Shown one piece after another: positions 62,001 to 64,000 of a stretch of 64,000 nt of DNA. Made by a program: the position numbers and the translations under genes. Source of the stretch: Yuukianura sp. NJ FZ-2021 (Eukaryota); contig CM102290.1 in NCBI GenBank assembly GCA_046563655.1, positions 4,960,001-5,024,000 of the forward strand, given 5' to 3'. The first letter of the stretch is position 1; each line of letters starts with the position of its first letter. The notes under the pieces are model-generated. The model ran no database searches. It was not told where the DNA came from and saw nothing but the letters and a program-made list of their open reading frames with translations.

Positions 62001-64000
62001 CAAACTATGTTTTTGGTTTTTATATTTTTTTTGGTGAAGACAAGACATTTTTTTTCTTTGTAACTTTGAAAACTGAAAACTCATCAAGCTAATGCATCAT
62101 TTTGTTTTCACTTTTTCACTTTTTGGTCTTTAAATGGTACGAGGCCTTCCAAGAACTTAAGTCGTAAACTATTTTCCAAAGAGACACTCTGTCTCATGTC
62201 ACGTTACAATTTTGGAGTTGAACAATGGGGAAAGCGCCGAACTCCTCGCGAGAACTACCTTGTATGGCTTTTTTTTAGGTTTGGTTTTGTTGGACATAAG
62301 AATGCTGGCAGTGCGTTTGAAATGGGTTTGTGCCGCCAACGGAAAAATGACCTCATCATTTTAGGAATGGAAGACTTCGTTTCATGTGTCCAGTTTTTCA
62401 GGTGTGAAGAATCTTCAGATTCTGCGCAAAACGCTCCAAGAATTTGCAACTTGAAATTTTTCCTCTAGTTTTTTACGTTGATGTTTCAGAAAGTGATAGG
62501 TCAGAGGTCAAACGGCTTCACTTTGTCGAGCACCATTTGATCCTTCCGCTCACGTTCTCTTGGCAGTCTGTCGCACTGCACCCAATTATGCATGACGTAA
62601 GAGTGGACGCAGTAAACAATTTTTTCATTCGGTGAATGATTTTGTGGTTTTTAGAGGACATTTGATTGAGTGTGAGGACTGAATTTGAGTTTGAGCTTGT
62701 TTGAAGAAGCGGCTTGACTACTTTTAATCTTAAAGACTTGATTTTACTGAGAGATACAACAAGAGTTGCTCATCCATCAAATCTGTCGCCCAAACTTACA
62801 TGGACTGTTCGGGTACTAGTTCTTAGCGTAACTCAAAGTCCATGTCCCATCATTCCTTGATGGGCCTCGCAAGGTTTCTAAATGGGCTCAAATTCTTACG
62901 GGAGAGAGAGACTAACGTTTGACAGAGATGGGAAACTTTTGGCTTCCGAAACAACAGATCAGAGACAACTGGCTACTGATTGTCATTTATAATCAATCAA
63001 ATTGGAAAGCCATCTTGGGAATGCTACCTTCCAACAGCCGTCGGCCATTTCCATTGTGTTTCACCCTACTCTTCTAGTTAGGTTGTTCCTACTAGTTCCA
63101 CACAGTGTCAACTTCGGGTCATGTCCTCCGAATTTGACCTTGGTCCAATAAGTGAATTCAAATTTAGTTACCATTAGATTGTGTTTGGTGTTGAGTAGAC
63201 CCGTGGTGTACTGAGAGACTTATTGTTTTTAGCTGGTGGTTGATAAATGTCGTTGGTTGAAAGATGTTGTGAATTGGATACATAGTGTAAAAATGAGTTG
63301 ATCTGTGGGTTGGTCGGAAGATCTGAAAGTCGTTCCAGCAGTTACATGGGGAGTGTAATGCAATAAGGGAAAAACAAACAAGTCCTAAGTACTTGTCGGA
63401 ATTGAGAAGCTGTTTCAGGCGTCTCCCGCCCTCGGAAAAGTTCCTTCTTCTCTTGTTCCTTTAAGGTTTTTTTTAAACCTGGACTTGTTCAGAGGAAAAC
63501 GATTACACTAACGTACTGCTACAGCCTAACTTTTATTGTACAGTTGACCTAAAACTACGCCAAGAATTTCTTCTTTCTCATCTCTCCATCATCATCCCTC
63601 TTGGGCCCTTATTTAACAATCCAGAATTTGAATTGGGCGGAGAAGATGGACCACCCTTTACTAAAAACCGTTCGCCTCACTTTTCAATCTCTGTGTACCT
63701 AAATTCTTTGGAGTTTCTTAAGATCTATTCCCGTTACATTTTCTTTTAAATTCTGTTTCCCTGTGTTTCTAAGTTCGGTGTTCTCCGGGTTTCTGATCTG
63801 GGTTTTCTAAAACCTCATAAATTGTGGCAATTTTTTAAGAAAAACGAAGTTTCTATACTTGGAGTTGTAAAAGTTTCTGGTTGATCGGAAGACTGAAGTT
63901 GAACACAGACTAGTGTTGTTTATAACTTCGGTTAGGTTTTACTAGGTTTGTTTATAACTTTGAACTTGGGATGACGATGAGGACATTGGGACGTCTTGCG

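Overview
Eukaryotic, most likely arthropod, genomic DNA. It is AT-rich, has GT-AG introns and interspersed TTAGG motifs, and shows no prokaryotic operons, rRNA, tRNA or CRISPR. The window is dominated by one gene, a + strand T-box transcription factor of the Tbx2/3 (optomotor-blind/bifid) subfamily. I reconstruct 8 coding exons: 28915-29258, 39558-39671, 40883-41036, 49550-49696, 49949-50025, 55384-55589, 57203-57598 and 57676-58019 (1782 nt, 593 aa, all phases consistent). About 28 kb of apparently non-coding regulatory DNA lies upstream. It holds a candidate Inr/DPE promoter and non-coding first exon near 17.15-17.40 kb, and a strongly recurrent AAGGGCYC motif. Several non-autonomous DNA transposons (MITEs) with visible TIRs and TSDs are present: hAT-like, Tc1/pogo-like, and a foldback element with a central (TTAGG)3. 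A compositionally distinct ~4.4 kb block (about 20.95-25.33 kb) carries an unexplained intronless 198-aa antisense ORF with TATA and AATAAA signals, plus a second, disrupted reading frame. This block is the best candidate for something undescribed. Most other ORFs in the track look spurious.
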